This document shows, one piece after another, positions 30,130 to 39,723 of a stretch of DNA of 64,000 nucleotides. The notes below the pieces were generated by a model that saw only the letters and a list, made by a program, of their open reading frames with translations, was not told the DNA's origin and made no database searches. The stretch is taken from assembly GCA_963770685.1 (NCBI GenBank), contig CAVYQN010000001.1:72589-136588 (forward strand), in the 5' to 3' direction. The DNA comes from Candidatus Krumholzibacteriia bacterium (GTDB taxonomy: Bacteria; Krumholzibacteriota; Krumholzibacteriia; Krumholzibacteriales; Krumholzibacteriaceae). Each line of letters starts with the position of its first letter. Position 1 is the first letter of the stretch. The position numbers and the translations under genes were made by a program.

Positions 30130-31599
30130 CTAGCGAAGATCGTAGGCTGAAAAGGCCGCCACGGCTCCGAGCAGGGCCAGGGCCAGATAAATGGCAAGAA
30201 GCACCGCGTCGGTCAGCGCGGTCCGGATGACCTGCGACATCGAGGGATATCCTTCCGCGAATCGGGGCATTCCGCTCGTATCGATCGTCTTTGTATCCCT
30301 CGGGGCCGAGGTCGTCAGCCCTTTCTCAGAATCGATCGTCACCATGATCCCGGGGCTCCCCCCCGGGGACTCCTTTTCCCGTTTCGCCGCGAATTCATAA
30401 AGGGAATCATGGTACCTTTCCATCTGGCCTTCGCATCTTTCCTTGAGCCCGGTATCGGTCCCGGCCAGGTTCATCGACGCGAGTTTGTATGCCGATGCGG
30501 GCGAGACCCTGGAAAGGCCGAATGCGAGCCGCTCCTGCCTCCCCCTCAGGTTGCCCAATTCCTCGTACATGCGCTTCGAGTTGTTCCAGATCTCCGCCTC
30601 AACGGCTTTTCTCGCCTTTTCGCTCTCTTCAAGCCAGTTCCATTCGTTGATCTCGCGTAGCGCTTTCCGCTCGTCCTCGGTCATCCCGCTCATTGCCCTT
30701 TCCCTCCGGATCGATGTCTCCTCCATCCATTTTATGTGCCTTTCCCATTCCGAAGACGAAAACCGGTCGATCCGGCTCTCGATCTGCGCAACCGACGGCA
30801 CGGGGGCCAGTTTGCCCGCCGCCATCACCGCCGCTTTCGGAACGATGAGGGTCATCGCGACCCAGGAAACGAGAAGGACGAGAAAAGAGACTGAAGACCT
30901 TCTCGTCATGGCTGAAACCATCAGCCCGAGGGCGACGAAGAAGGTGCAATAAAGAACAGAGACGAGCAGGAACAGCAGGAGGCGGCCCCAGTGATCCGCC
31001 GTCAGCGGCACTCTGAAGAGAAGGACCATGAGCAATCCCGCCAGAACCGGAATCACGAGCGGTATCGCCAGCCCGAGCCATGAGCCCGCGAATTTCGCGA
31101 ATATGTAGGTGAATCTTTTCACCGGATTCGTGAAAACGAGTTTAAGGGTCCCGGACTCCCTCTCACCGTTTATCGAATCGTACGTGAAGAGAATGGCGAA
31201 TAGCGACATGACAACCATGAATATGAAGTGGAGATCGATGAACCTGAACACCGCGAACACTGTATCGTTGGAATACGCGCTGCCCGTCAGCCTGATCGCT
31301 TCCGACTCCTCGAGCACCGAGAATCGCCCGATGTCCCTGGATACCCCTCCGACGAAGATCTGCATCGGGTCCGGCTTCCGGAAGACCCTCGTGGCGAGAT
31401 AAGCCCACGAATGCTGTTCCTGCAGCTGCTCCTGCTCGAGTTGAACGGCAGTTTCATATTGTTTCATGTCGGCCTTGAAATCGACGATTCCAACATATAC
31501 TCCAAGGAAAATCAGCACCGAGCACGCGAGGAATGTCGCTGCGAATTTCGGCCCGGCGATAATGTTCTTCAGCTCTTTTCTCACCAGTGTCCCAAACAT
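30130..31599 (-). CDS. Large ABC-2 family permease with coiled-coil insert (paralogue A)
   Basis: Start taken at MFGTLVRKELKNI (SD GGAGG 6 nt upstream) rather than the ORF-track start at 31638. N-terminal multi-TM core, about 200-aa charged helical segment, terminal TM helix ending AFSAYDLR. Confidence 0.75.
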   Translation of the reverse strand: MFGTLVRKELKNIIAGPKFAATFLACSVLIFLGVYVGIVDFKADMKQYETAVQLEQEQLQEQHSWAYLATRVFRKPDPMQIFVGGVSRDIGRFSVLEESEAIRLTGSAYSNDTVFAVFRFIDLHFIFMVVMSLFAILFTYDSINGERESGTLKLVFTNPVKRFTYIFAKFAGSWLGLAIPLVIPVLAGLLMVLLFRVPLTADHWGRLLLFLLVSVLYCTFFVALGLMVSAMTRRSSVSFLVLLVSWVAMTLIVPKAAVMAAGKLAPVPSVAQIESRIDRFSSSEWERHIKWMEETSIRRERAMSGMTEDERKALREINEWNWLEESEKARKAVEAEIWNNSKRMYEELGNLRGRQERLAFGLSRVSPASAYKLASMNLAGTDTGLKERCEGQMERYHDSLYEFAAKREKESPGGSPGIMVTIDSEKGLTTSAPRDTKTIDTSGMPRFAEGYPSMSQVIRTALTDAVLLAIYLALALLGAVAAFSAYDLR

Positions 31600-31624
31600 C
31601 TTATGCCTCCGCTGTCCTTGTCCG

Positions 31625-33042
31625 TCAACGCACGTCATATCTAAGGAACCTGAAATACGCGAGAGCGAAGAAGGCCAGGTTGAATATCAAGAGCAGGCCC
31701 ATATCCGGGATGGAACCTTTCACGCATTCAGCGGTGGAAACCTCGTGAAAATCGAATACCGGGATCTCGCCCGGATCGATCGCGGCCTTCTCCCCCCGTC
31801 CTCGCGATCCCCGGCACTGATCCTTATGACCCTCAATCCCGACGCTATCCCTGTCTTGTCCAGCATGAATCTTCCGTAAGCTTCCTGATATCTGCCGGCC
31901 TCCCCCAGGAAACGCTCCTTCTGGTCGAGCGATGTCCGGGCGAGCGAGGCGGCGGCCAGGGTGAACGTCGCCGACGGGGAGATCCTCGCCAGGCCGAACG
32001 CCGTCTTTTCCTGTTCGATCTGCCTGTTTCTTCTCTCCTCGTTCAGGCGCGCGTTATACTCGTCCGTCTTTTTCCGCCTTTCCTCCTGTATCCCGTTCAT
32101 GAATTCCTGGAATTCCCGCATCATCACCTCCATGTCCCGGCTTTCCGATCCGCGGTATCCATCCACCTTCTCCCTGTCCTCCATCATCAGCTGCCTCGCG
32201 AAGCTGCTTTTTTTCGCGGCGAGCTCGTCGACCGAGGGAGTTTCGACGGCCCTCGCGGCGAGAACGACGGCCGTTCTCGGAATTATGAGGATCGCGAAGA
32301 TCCAGATCACCAGGAGGACCAGAAACGAGCTCGACGATCTTTTGGTGAATACTGAAACCATGATCGACATGGCGAGAAATGCGCCGAACAGAAGAAGCCC
32401 GGAAAGAATGACAAGCCCGAGTCGCAGCCATTCTCCGCCGGAAAGGCCGACCCCCAGAACCGGCGGCATGAGGCACCCTATCAGCAGGGGGATCATCAGC
32501 GGAAGGCAGACCGCGACGAACGACCCCGTCCATTTGCCCAGGATGTAGGAACTCTTGGGGATCGGATTCGAAAAGGTGAGCCTGAGAGTCCCGCGCTCCT
32601 TTTCGCCGTTCACGGAATCGTACGCGAAGAGTATCGCGAAGAGCGTCAGGACGATCTGGAAGATGAACTCGAGATCGAGGAAACCGAAAACGGCGAAGAC
32701 GGGATCGTCTCCGAACCGGCTCCCTTCCGCCTCGAGTTCATTTCCCCTCTGGATGACGATCGTCCGCCCGATATCGTTCGACACGCCGCCGACAAGAGAC
32801 TCCAGAGGGCGCGGCGGCAGGAAGATCCTGTAATTTTCCACTTCGTGCCATTCCTTCAACCCCTCGAGCTTTCGAAGATTGTCCGCCTTTGAAGCCTCGT
32901 ACCTCTCGACGTTGTTCTGATGGTTCCTTATGCCCGCGTAGAACGCCAACAGGATCAGAATCGAACAAACGGCGAAACTGATGTGAAATTTCTTCGATCC
33001 CACGGTCTCGTAGAGTTCTTTTTTTACGATAATTCCGATCAT
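31625..33042 (-). pseudogene. Large ABC-2 family permease with coiled-coil insert (paralogue B), C-terminal frame interrupted
   Basis: Start at MIGIIVKKELYET. The ORF track ends at 31720 with an Arg-rich tail. A one-base shift in the C6/G6 run at 31792-31797 restores ...EKAAIDPGEIPVFDFHEVSTAECVKGSIPDMGLLLIFNLAFFALAYFRFLRYDVR (stop at 31625-31627), matching the terminal TM helix and YDLR end of paralogue A. Confidence 0.75.
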
Positions 33043-33086
33043 TTCCGGTTCTCCGTCCTTGAATTGCCTTCCCTGGCGCATGGGCT

Positions 33087-33845
33087 TCAACTCAGGCCCG
33101 ACATGTAATCGAGGTATATCTTCTCGAGATCCTCGCCCTCGAGCTCCTCCCTGCTTCGCTGCATCACGAGCCGTCCCTCTTTCATGATCCCGATGTCGTC
33201 GGCGATTTCCCTGGCCCTGAATATGTCATGAGTGGACATAAGTATCGCCCTGCCCTCGGCCCGCAGCGAATCAAGAAGGTTCATGAACTCGAAGGCGGCC
33301 TTGGGATCGAGCCCAGAAGTCGGCTCGTCGAGAAGGATGGCCGGGGCCCCCTTGATGACGGCGATCGCTATCCCGCACTTCTGCCTCATTCCCTTGGAAA
33401 AAGTCCTCAGCTTCCTGTCGTGGCAATCGTCCTCCAGCCCGACCCTTCTCAGAACTTCCCTGCACTCGTCCCTGCTGCATCCCTTCGATTTGCCGGCCAG
33501 CCTCGCGAAGAAATCGAGGTTCTGTACGGCGGAGAAATTCATGTAAAGCATGACGTTCTCCGACACGTACGAGACCTTTTCCCTTATCAACAAAGGATCG
33601 CGGTGGGACGCGATCCCGGCTACGCGCGCCTCCCCTTCGGTCGGGTCTATGAAATTGAGGAACAGATTTATCGTTGTCGTCTTGCCGGCCCCGTTCGCGC
33701 CCAGCATCGCGTACGCCCGCCCCGGAAACACGCGGAGATTCAGGCCATCCAGGGCAAGTACTCCGTCATCGTAACGTTTTGTAAGGTTGACCGCTTCGAG
33801 CATTGGCGCCGTCCGCGAAATTTCGTTCTTATTATCCGATTCCAT
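33087..33845 (-). CDS. ABC transporter ATP-binding protein
   Basis: 252-aa ORF. Walker A GANGAGKTT, signature FSKGMRQK, Walker B ILLDEPTSGLD. Confidence 0.9.
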   Translation of the reverse strand: MESDNKNEISRTAPMLEAVNLTKRYDDGVLALDGLNLRVFPGRAYAMLGANGAGKTTTINLFLNFIDPTEGEARVAGIASHRDPLLIREKVSYVSENVMLYMNFSAVQNLDFFARLAGKSKGCSRDECREVLRRVGLEDDCHDRKLRTFSKGMRQKCGIAIAVIKGAPAILLDEPTSGLDPKAAFEFMNLLDSLRAEGRAILMSTHDIFRAREIADDIGIMKEGRLVMQRSREELEGEDLEKIYLDYMSGLS

Positions 33846-33894
33846 GTCAGTCCTTTCCTGAAAGTATCGTCTCGATCCTTTTCGCCGGCCCGCC

Positions 33895-35481
33895 CTATTG
33901 CCTTGAAAGCCTTATGCCGAAGACGACGATCGCCGATATGGCTCCAACGATAAGGGAAACGAGCAGCAGGGTTCCCCAGACGTTTGTTCCCGCCTTGATC
34001 TCCACAGTCACCGTCTTCTCCTCGCCCCTGACCGGAAGGTCGCCAGAGAGGGACGAGGTCTTTATCCTGAATTCATAGCGGCCGGATGAGACGTCGCCCG
34101 GTGGAGTCAATGCGATCCTGATCCTGCTCTCCTGGCGTATATCCAGCGAACGGATCATCGACGGATCCGTTGCCTTCAGCCATCCGGGGGGGGCGTCGAT
34201 CTCGAATTCCACGTTGTCGAGCCGCTTCGTCCCATCGTTGACCACGTCGATGTCCATTTCAACAACGCCTCCCTTATCGATCGAATGGTACAACTGGGGC
34301 GCCTTGACCAGAAGCCTGCCGTTACCCATAGGAACTATCTCCAGCTTCGCGAATCCTACGTTCAACGCCTCGACCTGGTCGACAGTCCACCTTCCGGAAT
34401 TCAGCCCCTCGATGGAGTCCATCCTGTCCTGCGGAACTGCTATGACAAAAAAGGAGATCGCTTCCCCGACGGCGACCTCCCCCGTCGGCCTGTCCGGGAG
34501 GTAGATCCTCAAGGCGGCATTCATGGAATTGGTCCTCTCGGTGAACCTGAGCTGGCTTATCCTCGCGTCGCTCGCCGGATCGTTGAAATACCTCGTGATT
34601 TGCGGCGGAAGGTTGACCACCTCCAGCTTGAAGGTGTTCGTCGCGCTGCTGAAGAGCTCAAGGTGAAGATCGTACGTCGCCGATCCCCCCAGTTCCACTT
34701 CCTGGGAAAACTGCTCCGAGTAGATCGTTGCCATGTTGACTGAGGAATCCTTCTGAAGGAATATCTTTGGCGAGCGCCGGCTTCCGTTACCATAGACGAT
34801 ATCCACGGTCAACGCGTCCAGATCCTGAAGAAGGGCGAAATCGAGCTCCACCGGATCGCCGTACAGAAGCTGCTCGATCTTCGCCTCGTAAGGACGGCTG
34901 ATTATCGCGTTTTCACCGTTGAGAAGCGAAACGTAGACGTCGTTTATCACGTCCGGCTGCAATTTTCTGAAAAGCTCGTCGTCCATCTCTATGAGCTTCC
35001 TGAAATCAGCCCCTCCGCCGGAAGTGTTGGCCAGCGTTATCCTGACGTGCTTGTTCCCGTCAGGCGCCTGGTACTTTACCGCGTTCACGACCGAAACAAA
35101 CTGCCTTTCGAAAAGGACTGCGAGAAGAGACTGCTGGTAATTGACCTCGGCGTCGGCAAAGGCATTCTTCGACCTTTCGAGCTCCTGAAAGGAAATCAAT
35201 CCCTTCCCATACATCGCCTGCTGCCTTTCAAGTTCGGCCTTCGCGAACTCGAAGGCCTCCTTCGCCCTTTTCAGGCCGAGGAGGGGATAGGTGTCGTCGC
35301 GCTGGTTGAACGGGATCCCGGTCTGGGCCCGGAGCCGCGGGCTGGCGGGTGCGGCCACCAGGATCGTTGCGATGGCGGGAACGAGGATCAGGCCGCGGGC
35401 GGTCGCCGGAACGATGCCCCGGCGAAACCGTTCGACAAGGCCTGCGTGCGCGAAGCGCCTCTGCGAACTATTTCTTATCAT
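33895..35481 (-). CDS. Membrane-anchored protein: adaptor-like alpha-hairpin, beta-sandwich/NEW3-like domains, C-terminal TM helix
   Basis: 528-aa ORF. Coiled segment LKRAKEAFEFAKAELERQQAMYGKGLISFQELERSKNAFADAEVNYQQSLL. NEW3-like segment VVEMDIDVVNDGTKRLDNVEFEIDAPPGWL (from memory). Terminal TM helix WGTLLLVSLIVGAISAIVVFGI. Confidence 0.6.
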   Translation of the reverse strand: MIRNSSQRRFAHAGLVERFRRGIVPATARGLILVPAIATILVAAPASPRLRAQTGIPFNQRDDTYPLLGLKRAKEAFEFAKAELERQQAMYGKGLISFQELERSKNAFADAEVNYQQSLLAVLFERQFVSVVNAVKYQAPDGNKHVRITLANTSGGGADFRKLIEMDDELFRKLQPDVINDVYVSLLNGENAIISRPYEAKIEQLLYGDPVELDFALLQDLDALTVDIVYGNGSRRSPKIFLQKDSSVNMATIYSEQFSQEVELGGSATYDLHLELFSSATNTFKLEVVNLPPQITRYFNDPASDARISQLRFTERTNSMNAALRIYLPDRPTGEVAVGEAISFFVIAVPQDRMDSIEGLNSGRWTVDQVEALNVGFAKLEIVPMGNGRLLVKAPQLYHSIDKGGVVEMDIDVVNDGTKRLDNVEFEIDAPPGWLKATDPSMIRSLDIRQESRIRIALTPPGDVSSGRYEFRIKTSSLSGDLPVRGEEKTVTVEIKAGTNVWGTLLLVSLIVGAISAIVVFGIRLSRQ

Positions 35482-35911
35482 CAGTCTCAGTCCGCCTTAT
35501 GATCATGCCGCCGCCCTGCATCTTCTCCGGGTCCATCTTGGGCACCGATCTCATGAAGGTCTCCTTCCCCCTCCTGACGCCGAGCTTGAAGGGTTCCCCT
35601 ATCCGCAGATTGCCGTATATCTCGTGCAAATCCTTCACCCCTGCGATTCGCCTGCCGTTCGCCATCAGAATGACATCGCCCACCTCAAGGTCCACCACGC
35701 CGCTGTCCGCTCTCTTCCTTTGAGTCGGAATGATCTGGCTGACGCTGACAACGCTGTCCGATTCGCTCATGACCGCCATCAATTCGAACGTTATGAAACT
35801 CGTCTCCCTGTCAAGCCTGAGTTCCTGCCGCTCCTGCGGCCTTGCGTCAAGAGCGCCGGCGCATGCCGCGATCGACACCGACGCGATCGAGAAAAGAATC
35901 CATTTTTTCAT
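35468..35911 (-). CDS. Secreted PDZ-domain protein
   Basis: 147-aa ORF. Signal peptide MKKWILFSIASVSIAACAGA. PDZ-like DLEVGDVILMANGRRIAGVKDLHEIYGNLRIGEPFKLGVRRG. SD GGAAGGAGGG. The stop overlaps the next start by 14 nt. Confidence 0.75.
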   Translation of the reverse strand: MKKWILFSIASVSIAACAGALDARPQERQELRLDRETSFITFELMAVMSESDSVVSVSQIIPTQRKRADSGVVDLEVGDVILMANGRRIAGVKDLHEIYGNLRIGEPFKLGVRRGKETFMRSVPKMDPEKMQGGGMIIRRTETDDKK

Positions 35912-35983
35912 CGAAACCCTCCTTCCGGTTTTTTGTGTCCTGGAATGTTTAACCTATCCATCTCTTTGCAGTTTCATCAATTA

Positions 35984-36013
35984 GTGTTATCAAATGTTAA
36001 ATTATGTTAAATA
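35984..36013 (+). promoter_or_regulatory. Three phased 10-nt direct repeats (candidate OmpR-family response-regulator binding site)
   Basis: GTGTTATCAA / ATGTTAAATT / ATGTTAAATA are contiguous. They lie 38-67 nt upstream of the kinase ATG at 36051. A fourth TGTTTAA occurs at 35946. Confidence 0.3.
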
Positions 36014-36050
36014 GTGTGCCGAGGGCGCCGTTATGACGTAAAATTGGATT

Positions 36051-37778
36051 ATGAAAAAGGATCGTGGAAATGTCGCCTTCTTCAGCCTGATCGTAGCGCT
36101 CGCCGTCATCGGCCTGATGATTGCGCAGTATCTTTTACTGCGCCGTACCCTCTCGCTGGAATCGGACCTCTTCAGCCAGAACGTGACCTCGGCCCTCGGA
36201 AGCGTCGTTCAGAAAATCGAGAACAGGGAGGCTCTTCTTAGCATCCGCAGGGTGATCCTCGGCGAAAACGGGCCGGGTGGAATTCAGCGATCCGACACGG
36301 CGGCGGTCGGGCTGCTGGAGCGTGTCACGGTCTTTGCCGGCGGCGGAACCGGACGCGACGCGGGGGGCCGGGGCGCTCCGGGCGGTTCGAGCATCGAGAA
36401 GGGGCGCCCAAAATCCGGCATCATCCGCGTGATCATGTCCGATACCGGTGGCGCGATTGTGGACACGCTGCTGGAAGACCCCCTCGCGACGGGCAGATAC
36501 GTGATGGCGATGGAGGGCGGGAAAGGCCGCGGCCGAGGATCCCCCGCATTCCCCGATTCCATGGGGATCGCCGTTTTTTGCGAGGGAGATTCCGCCGGGG
36601 CCGGTTCGTCGTTCGACGTCACCCTCGACGACAGGCGGGTTATCCTGAACAAGGTGCTGGACGACCTCTCGGGCGGCGGTATTTCGAGCGTTTTGGAGAT
36701 AATCGAACCCTCACGCCTCGACTCGCTGATAAGCGCCACGATGGCGGAAAAGGGGATAAACACAGATTTCGAGTTTGGAATTTATTCGGCTTCCGCCGAT
36801 TCGTTTCTTTTCGCCGATCCTCCATCGGCGGCCGGATCCCTCAGGGATTCTGACAACAGGGCGCGTTTCTTCCCCCACGACCTGAGGGTCTTCGACGAAT
36901 ATCTGGTTTTGTCCTTCCCGGGGAAAAACATCTACCTGATGAGGCAGGCGGGGTACATGGCTCTCAGCGTCCTCATCTTCCTCGCCGTTATCATCTACTC
37001 TTCGGTTTCCTTCGCTCTTCTCCTGAGGCGCCAGAGAAAATTTCACGGGCTTCTCGTCGATTTCATCAACAACATGACGCACGAATTCAAGACGCCTGTT
37101 TCCACGATAATGATAGCGGGAGAGGCGATTTCCGCCACGGGAGGGGAATTGACAGGCGAAAAGAGAAGCAGGTACGGCAGGATTCTCAGGGAAGAGGCCG
37201 GAAGGATGCGCGTGCAGATAGAGCGGATCCTTCAGATGGCCGCCCTTGAAAAGGGCGAACTCCGGCTGAACCTGGAGCCCTCGGATATTCGCGGCCTGGT
37301 TCGCGACGCGGCCGGGAACCATGCCATCAGGTTCGAAGCGGCCGGCGGAACCTTGTCTACTCGTTTCGACGATCATTCCGCGACGGCTGAAGTCGACCGC
37401 GTGCATTTCACGAATGTGATCAACAATCTGATCGACAACGCGTTCAAGTACACGAAGGGGAAACCCGGGGTGACTGTCTCTGTCGTTTCAGAAGGCGGAG
37501 AATTAACGATCAGCGTCGAAGACAACGGCATCGGCATGACGCGGGAGCAGCAGGAAAGAATCTTCGACAGGTATTACAGGGTGCCCACCGGTAATGTGCA
37601 CGACGTCAAGGGATTCGGCCTCGGGCTTGCCTATGTGAAGATGATTGTGGAAGCGCACGGCGGCCGCGTAAAAGTCGAGAGCCAGCCCTGGAGCGGATCG
37701 ATATTTTCGATAATATTGCCGCCAGCCGGAACCGGCGGGCGCCGGTCGCATTCTTCGCGGGGCGCGGAGAGCATATGA
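36051..37778 (+). CDS. Membrane sensor histidine kinase
   Basis: 575-aa ORF. Two TM segments flank a roughly 270-aa extracytoplasmic region. H-box FINNMTHEFKTPVSTI, N-box NLIDNAFKYT, G-boxes EDNGIGM and KGFGLGLAYVK. Confidence 0.9.
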   Translation: MKKDRGNVAFFSLIVALAVIGLMIAQYLLLRRTLSLESDLFSQNVTSALGSVVQKIENREALLSIRRVILGENGPGGIQRSDTAAVGLLERVTVFAGGGTGRDAGGRGAPGGSSIEKGRPKSGIIRVIMSDTGGAIVDTLLEDPLATGRYVMAMEGGKGRGRGSPAFPDSMGIAVFCEGDSAGAGSSFDVTLDDRRVILNKVLDDLSGGGISSVLEIIEPSRLDSLISATMAEKGINTDFEFGIYSASADSFLFADPPSAAGSLRDSDNRARFFPHDLRVFDEYLVLSFPGKNIYLMRQAGYMALSVLIFLAVIIYSSVSFALLLRRQRKFHGLLVDFINNMTHEFKTPVSTIMIAGEAISATGGELTGEKRSRYGRILREEAGRMRVQIERILQMAALEKGELRLNLEPSDIRGLVRDAAGNHAIRFEAAGGTLSTRFDDHSATAEVDRVHFTNVINNLIDNAFKYTKGKPGVTVSVVSEGGELTISVEDNGIGMTREQQERIFDRYYRVPTGNVHDVKGFGLGLAYVKMIVEAHGGRVKVESQPWSGSIFSIILPPAGTGGRRSHSSRGAESI

Positions 37779-38476
37779 CAGGATACAGATTATTGCTCGT
37801 GGAGGATGACCCCAATCTGGGAACGCTCCTGGATGAATCCCTGAGGCAGCAGGGCTATTCCGTCCGGCTTGAAAAGGACGGCCTCAAGGGGCGCGACGCC
37901 GTGAAAGAGGAATTTTTCGACCTCTGCCTGATCGACGTAATGCTCCCCGTGATGGACGGATTCACTCTCGTTGGGGAAATACGGCGCTCCGGCATTTCGA
38001 CGCCGATCATCTTTCTCACCGCGAAATCCCTTCGGGAAGACAGGATCGAAGGTTTCAAGCTCGGAGCGGACGATTACGTGACAAAACCTTTCAGCATGGA
38101 GGAACTGATCCTGAGAATCAGGGCCGTTCTCAGGAGAAGCGGCAAAGGCGGACCGGATGCGGAAATGAAGAGCATCAGGATCGGGGCCTATCTGTTCGAT
38201 CCCCTCGAGCGGACACTCGAGCTCGGGAAGGATACCCGGAGGCTCACGGGCAAGGAGGCCGAGTTGCTGCACCTTCTCGCCATTCACATGAATGAAACCC
38301 TTTCACGCCCGGTCACCCTTGAGAAGATATGGGGGGAAGACAATTTCTTCTCGTCGAGAAGCATGGACGTCTACATATCGAAACTGAGGAAATACCTCGG
38401 CGCCGACGGTTCCGTCAGGATATCCAACGTGCACGGAAAGGGATTCAGGCTTACGGCTCCGGAAGCCGGCGGCTGA
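37775..38476 (+). CDS. OmpR/PhoB-family response regulator
   Basis: 233-aa ORF overlapping the kinase stop (ATGA). REC domain (LLVEDDPNL, LIDVMLPVMDG, YVTKPF) plus a winged-helix C-terminal domain (MDVYISKLRKYL...NVHGKGFRL). Confidence 0.9.
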   Translation: MTGYRLLLVEDDPNLGTLLDESLRQQGYSVRLEKDGLKGRDAVKEEFFDLCLIDVMLPVMDGFTLVGEIRRSGISTPIIFLTAKSLREDRIEGFKLGADDYVTKPFSMEELILRIRAVLRRSGKGGPDAEMKSIRIGAYLFDPLERTLELGKDTRRLTGKEAELLHLLAIHMNETLSRPVTLEKIWGEDNFFSSRSMDVYISKLRKYLGADGSVRISNVHGKGFRLTAPEAGG

Positions 38477-38548
38477 CGCGGCGTCCGCGTGCGGGAGCCG
38501 CGCGCATGGTCCTGCGATCGCGAAGGATTTGGGGCGGCCTGAGGGCCG

Positions 38549-39670
38549 TTATTTCCCGATGCCGATCAGGCTGATAAGCTTCCCGCCGAGCCACGCGTTG
38601 TCGTGAATGCCGCCGAAATCCGCCGCATTCGGCCCAAAAGCGAGCAGAGGGACCATGGAAGCGGTATGTCCCTCCGTGGAAAAATCGTACGACGATATCT
38701 CGGCGCGCTGAAGAGACCCCCCCAGCACGGCGAACCCACCCGTCTCGTGATCTGCCGCGACTATCACGAGCGTTCCGCCGTCTCTCACGGCGAAATCAAG
38801 GCCGGCCCCCACCGCCCTGTCGAAATCGACGGTCTCCAGAACCACCCCTCCCGCGTTGTTGTCATGCGCCTCCCAATCGATCTGGGAACCTTCGACCATC
38901 AGGAAGAAACCATCCCCGTGGGAGGAAAGGGCCGTGACCGCGATATTCGTCAGTTCGGCGAGCGTATAATCCCTTTCGCCGACGGGCCCGGGATGATTCT
39001 GAGCAAGGAAAGCTGCGACGGGCCCTTTTCCGCCGAACTCCCTCAGTTCGTCAATGGAAGTCACGACGGCCATGCGTTCCCTGAGCGCGGCCAGCGGATC
39101 GCACGTGTCGGTCCTTGCGCTTCCAACGGCGGTCGCCGGGAGGAAATACTCGAGCCCTCCGCCGATCAGCACGTCGACCCCTCCGAACGCCATCTGCCGG
39201 GCTATTTCAAGGTAATCCTCCCTGTCGGCCACGTGGGACGCGAAGGCCGCGGGCGTCGCGTGCGTGACCGAACAGAGGGAAACAAGGCCGGTCCGCATCC
39301 CCTTTTCCTCGGCCAATTCAAGAACGGTCCGCAAGGGGGTGCCACCCGGGTCGACGGAGATCGAGCCGTTCCTGGTCTTTACACCTGTCGCCATCGCTGT
39401 CGCGGAGGCGGCCGAATCGGTGACAAGCTCGTCCGAGGACCATGTCGTCAGGAGCCCGGCGACCTCGAATCTCTCCATATGGAGCTTCCCGCACGCGATG
39501 CGCGCAGCGGTGAGGTGCGCGATCCCCATTCCGTCACCTATGAAAAGTATGATATTAGCGGGGCCGCCCGGCGGTGATTCGCGCTTGTCGACGCAGGAAG
39601 AGAGCCCAGGGACAGACAGGATGATTACGGCAATCAGCGGCGCCGCCGCCTTCCTCAACCATATGGACAT
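38549..39670 (-). CDS. Alkaline phosphatase family lipoprotein
   Basis: Start taken at MSIWLRKAAAPLIAVIILSVPGLSSC (SD GGGAGGAA) rather than the 465-aa extension. ILFIGDGMG, nucleophile context TDSAASATAMATG, metal ligands VEGSQIDWEAHDN and ADHETGG. Confidence 0.85.
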   Translation of the reverse strand: MSIWLRKAAAPLIAVIILSVPGLSSCVDKRESPPGGPANIILFIGDGMGIAHLTAARIACGKLHMERFEVAGLLTTWSSDELVTDSAASATAMATGVKTRNGSISVDPGGTPLRTVLELAEEKGMRTGLVSLCSVTHATPAAFASHVADREDYLEIARQMAFGGVDVLIGGGLEYFLPATAVGSARTDTCDPLAALRERMAVVTSIDELREFGGKGPVAAFLAQNHPGPVGERDYTLAELTNIAVTALSSHGDGFFLMVEGSQIDWEAHDNNAGGVVLETVDFDRAVGAGLDFAVRDGGTLVIVAADHETGGFAVLGGSLQRAEISSYDFSTEGHTASMVPLLAFGPNAADFGGIHDNAWLGGKLISLIGIGK

Positions 39671-39723
39671 GATTCCTCCCGATCGTCTTTTGCCGGCGCC
39701 GGAAGAGGCGCCGATACGCCGAA

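Noticed and set aside
31600-33090. ORF-track alternative starts for the two large permeases (31638, and the TTG at 33090 that forms a TTGA overlap with the ATPase stop).
   Set aside because: The internal ATGs at 31599 and 33042 have SD sequences and give aligned N-termini (MFGTLVRKELKN and MIGIIVKKELYE). The longer versions add non-conserved charged leaders. The 33090 start cannot be fully excluded.
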